DNA of 64,000 nt, taken from the NCBI GenBank assembly GCA_043228905.1, contig JBHGNT010000006.1, positions 21,886,001-21,950,000 on the forward strand, in the 5' to 3' direction. Below, piece after piece: positions 60,298-64,000 of the stretch. How positions within the stretch are numbered: position 1 is the first letter of the stretch; each line of letters opens with the position of its first letter. Below the pieces are notes generated by a model. That model saw only the letters and a program-made list of their open reading frames with translations. It ran no database searches and had not been told where the DNA came from. The position numbers and the translations under genes were made by a program. The stretch is from Azolla caroliniana (Eukaryota > Plantae > Polypodiophyta).

Positions 60298-63200
60298 CAG
60301 AGAAAGCAGAACACAATTTCAAAATTATTTCAAGACTCTGTATACACACTGTGCTAAGTAGCACTATTTATACAAGTCCTCTTGGGACTGACAGAAGTAC
60401 CATGTACTTCAATGCTCACACGAGCATCTGACACTTACTACGAGACTATAGCTACCTAGTAGTCTATCCTATACTAGGCTTCCGATTGGACTTCCGGTTA
60501 CGGATTGCACTTGGCCTCCACTGCTTGCCGGTTCGGTTGCTCACCGTCATACCGATCCATTTTGCCCGATCCGTCTCGCTTACCGGCTTTGGCTTATTCA
60601 ACCGATCCGGCTCCGGTTTGAGCTTGCCGCTCAACACACCCCCTCAAGCTCAACCTGAGGTGGGGTCGTAGTGTCGACCTCTGTGGCAGTCGGTTCTTCC
60701 AACCGACTTCTCCTGGCGTCACTCCGCCTTGCTCGCGCTCCTCGTCCGATCCAGTCCCGTTTGCCGCGACCCCTTTGGTTCTGCGCGCCTCGACCCTCTC
60801 GGTCGGCATGTCTGCTCAAAAGGCCCATCTCAGCACTCACGTTGTTGTGACTCCGGCGCTTGCTGATCCGTCGGTTCTCCCACAATGGCATCGACTTCCG
60901 CTGTGTCCGTGTCCCCTTGGCCTTCAGTCGATCCGACTCATCCAAATCCATCTGTTGATCCGAGTCAGCTGTCTCCGACTCGTTCCAGCTCTTGTCCGAA
61001 TCGGTACACTCCGATTCGACTTCCGGCTTTAGGCCTCTCACCACATCGGACCACTTCCGAGTCTTGGCCTTCTCCATGCTTCCCTCGGCTTCTTCAGCCG
61101 GTGAACCGAAATCGAATTCTTCATTCGACTCCGCATCATGGTTAGTACCGTCGTGATGACCTCCGCACAACATGCACTTCTCTTCCTGAGTGCACAACTC
61201 TTCTTCACAGCCGCTTGCTCCGACCTGTTCGGATGTGTTGACTTCCTTCGTCGACTCGGCTTCCTTCATCTTCTTGTCTCCTCTTCTTCCGGCTCTCCTC
61301 TTACCGACAGGTTCAACAGTTTTTTTGTCTTTGCCCGTTTCGGTAGAGACCTTGCCCTTGCCCTTGCTTCTCCCCCTCAAGTGCGGCACGTCGAGATGCT
61401 GAATACCAAGCATGTCGGTAAAGTGCTGCAACTTGTCCGATCCGAGCGACTTGGTGAAGATGTCGGCAACTTGCCGATCCGTATGAACATACCGTAGGTC
61501 AACTTCACCGCTCAGGACCCGCTCACGCACGAAGTGGTAGTGCACCTCGATGTGCTTTGTGTGAGCATGGAACACAGGGTTCCTGGCGAGCTGCAGGCTG
61601 CTCATGTTATCGCAGTAAATCGGGATCGGGGTCGGTACCTCGATCCGCAAGTCTCGCAGCAGTCGCCGAAGCCAGATGGCTTCACAAGTGGCAACGGTAG
61701 CGGCCCGGTACTCAGCCTCAGTGCTTGACAAAGCCATTGTGGACTACTTCTTGCTGCTCCACGCAATGGCCGCGCTACCTATGGAGAACATGTATCCGGA
61801 AGTTGAGTGGCGATCAGACGCATCGCCGGCCTAGTCAGCATTTGTGTAACCAACAAGCTCTTCGGGTATCCCTCGCCGGTATAGCAGTCCCCGGTCCTTA
61901 GTGCCACTGACATACCGTAATATGCGTTGCGCGCACTGAAGGTGCTCCACGGTCGGCTTCTACATGAACTGACTTACCATGCCGACCGGATAGCTGATGT
62001 CGGGTCGGGTGATGGTTAAGTAGACCAAGCTTCCGACAACCTGTCGGAACCGTTTCTCATTGCAGGCCGGTCTAGAGTTGGGACGGAGCTTCTGGTTCCG
62101 GTCCAGGGGTGTGGAGACAGGTCGGCAATCCGTCATGCCGAACTTATACAGCATATTTAACACGTAATGTCGTTGTGAGAGCAATATGCCGTCGGGGGTC
62201 CGGATCACTTCGATCCCAAGAAAATAATGAAGGTCCCCCAGGTCCTTCATTTCGAATGCGTCCGACAACTGGAACTTGACGCGGGTGATTTCGGGAAGAC
62301 TCGGTCCGGTGATGACTAAATCATCCACATACAAGAGTATACATACCGGACCATTAGAGCCTTGCCGGATGAACAACGAAGAGTCCGACTTAGAGACTGC
62401 AAACCCCAGCTTACGCAACCGGTGCGTGATCTTCGCGTTCCAAGCTCGGGGGGCTTGCTTCAAGCCGTAAAGCGACTTCTTCAGTCGGCATACCGCCGAT
62501 TTGTTCATCTCCGATTGAAATCCGGGGGGCTGAGTCATAAAGACTTCTTCTGCAAGCTCTCCTTGAAGGAAGGCGTTCTTCACATCCATCTGGTGAAGAT
62601 GCCACCCCCTTGCCGCAGCAACCGCCAGTACCACACGAACCGTCGTCATCTTCGCCACAGGAGCAAAGGTCTCGTCGTAGTCGATTCCGTGGGTCTACGC
62701 GTATCCCTTCGCCACTACCCGGGCTTTGTACCGGTTAACCGAACCGTCGGCGTTGTACTTGACCTTGTACACCCACTTGCATCCGATCGGTTTACAGTGA
62801 CGGGGAGGATCAACTAGGTCCCAAGTTTCGTTGGCATCAAGTGCCCGCATTTCTTCGTCCATAGCGGCACGCCAATTTGCGTCCTTTGCCGCTTCTGCGT
62901 AGCTCTCCGGCTCACGCACTTCTGTCACCTTAGTCATGTACGCATAATGATGCGCCATGTATTCATTGTACCCGTACCGCATGACGGGATCCTTCTGGCG
63001 GGTTGATCGACGCAACGCACCGTCACCTGATTTGAGGCCCTTCTTGGCCAGTTCGGTCTTCGTTGCCGAAGACCCGCCTTTCTCCTTTCCGGAGTCGGAT
63101 ACGCACCGATCCGACTCATCGTTTCCGGTTTCGAATTCCGACATCTTCCTCTTCCCCTTCTCTTTGCGCGTGAACCGTTTCCTCGGTTCCTTGCGCGGGG

Positions 63201-64000
63201 AGAGCACGGCAGAGTCTCCACCACTTGCCGTCTCTTCATTCGACTGGTCTAGCCGACTTAGTCGCTCGTTTGGTCCACTCAACCGTAACGATTCCGGTCT
63301 CTCATCTTGAGTCCTGGCTTCGTCATCCTCTGCCAGGGCTGATTCAGGCTCACTGGCCTGATCTTCCGGCATTGGGTCGGGATCAGAGGTCGGAGTCGGT
63401 ACGGAGTACCAGGATGCTGATTCATCGAACTCGACATCTCGGCTGACTCAGACTTCCTTTGTCCGGGGGTTAAAGCACTTATACCCCTTTTGCTCTTGAG
63501 CATAACCGACTAGAATGCATTTTTCCGATTTTGCATCCAGCTTTCTCCGCGTCTTATCCGGCACATGCACATACGCTATGCTGCCGAATATCCGAAGGTG
63601 TCTTAAGTTCAGCTTGCGCCCAAAATACAGCTCATGAGTTGACACCTTGTCAGCAATGCGGTTTTGTATGTAGACGGCCGTCTGGACTGCCTCCGCCCAG
63701 TAGAACCGGGGCATGCTCTTCTCCTCCAGCATTGCCCTTGCCGCTTCAACAAGTGTCCGGTTCTTCCTTTCGGCCACACCGTTTTGCTCCGGTGTGTATC
63801 TGCAACTGAACTCTCGCTGAATTCCCTTCTACTGCAGATAACTAGTGAATTGGCCGGAAAAATATTCCTTTCTGCCATCCGACCGAAGGCATTTGATCTT
63901 CCTCTCTGATTCCCGTTCCACCATCTTCTGGAGGCTCCGGAAACAATCGAAGACTTCGCTCTTCCGCTCAATCAGGTAGATCCAAGTATGTCGAGTATAG
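60179..64000 (-). mobile_element. Ty1/Copia element running off the window end: integrase, RT, RNase H, long 3' extension, PPT and 3' LTR (60179-60636)
   Basis: Integrase, RT (LLYVDDL) and RNase H motifs with several in-frame stops. CTTGAGGGGG PPT next to a TGTTGAG...TTTACA LTR that contains (CT)n. Confidence 0.95.

Noticed and set aside
60128-60431. ERERER/SLSLSL ORFs
   Set aside because: (GA)n microsatellite inside the Copia LTR.

Overview
Eukaryotic land-plant nuclear DNA, probably a fern (inferred from the long PLS-type PPR gene, intron-rich genes, (TACATA)n tracts and the Tf1/Tcn1-like Gypsy element). About 1-24.5 kb and 55.5-64 kb are nested, decayed retroelements (Ty1/Copia, Ty3/Gypsy, LINEs), with a small tRNA-Thr(UGU) tandem cluster at 5.2-5.8 kb. 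The middle is a gene island: plastid chaperonin CPN60-beta (13 coding exons, minus), an MFP1-like coiled-coil gene (plus), a small conserved plastid-type protein with an MYHSAIASRLA motif (plus), an AIRP2-like RING E3 ligase (minus) and a PLS-class PPR gene (plus). The most striking signal is a Gypsy LTR (13639-14076, related fragment at 56199-56550). It has a long 5-bp-phased heat-shock-element array just upstream of its TATA box, and a 12-nt complementarity between the predicted transcript 5' end and the primer-binding position, as in Tf1-type self-priming. All coordinates were read by eye; no database searches were run.
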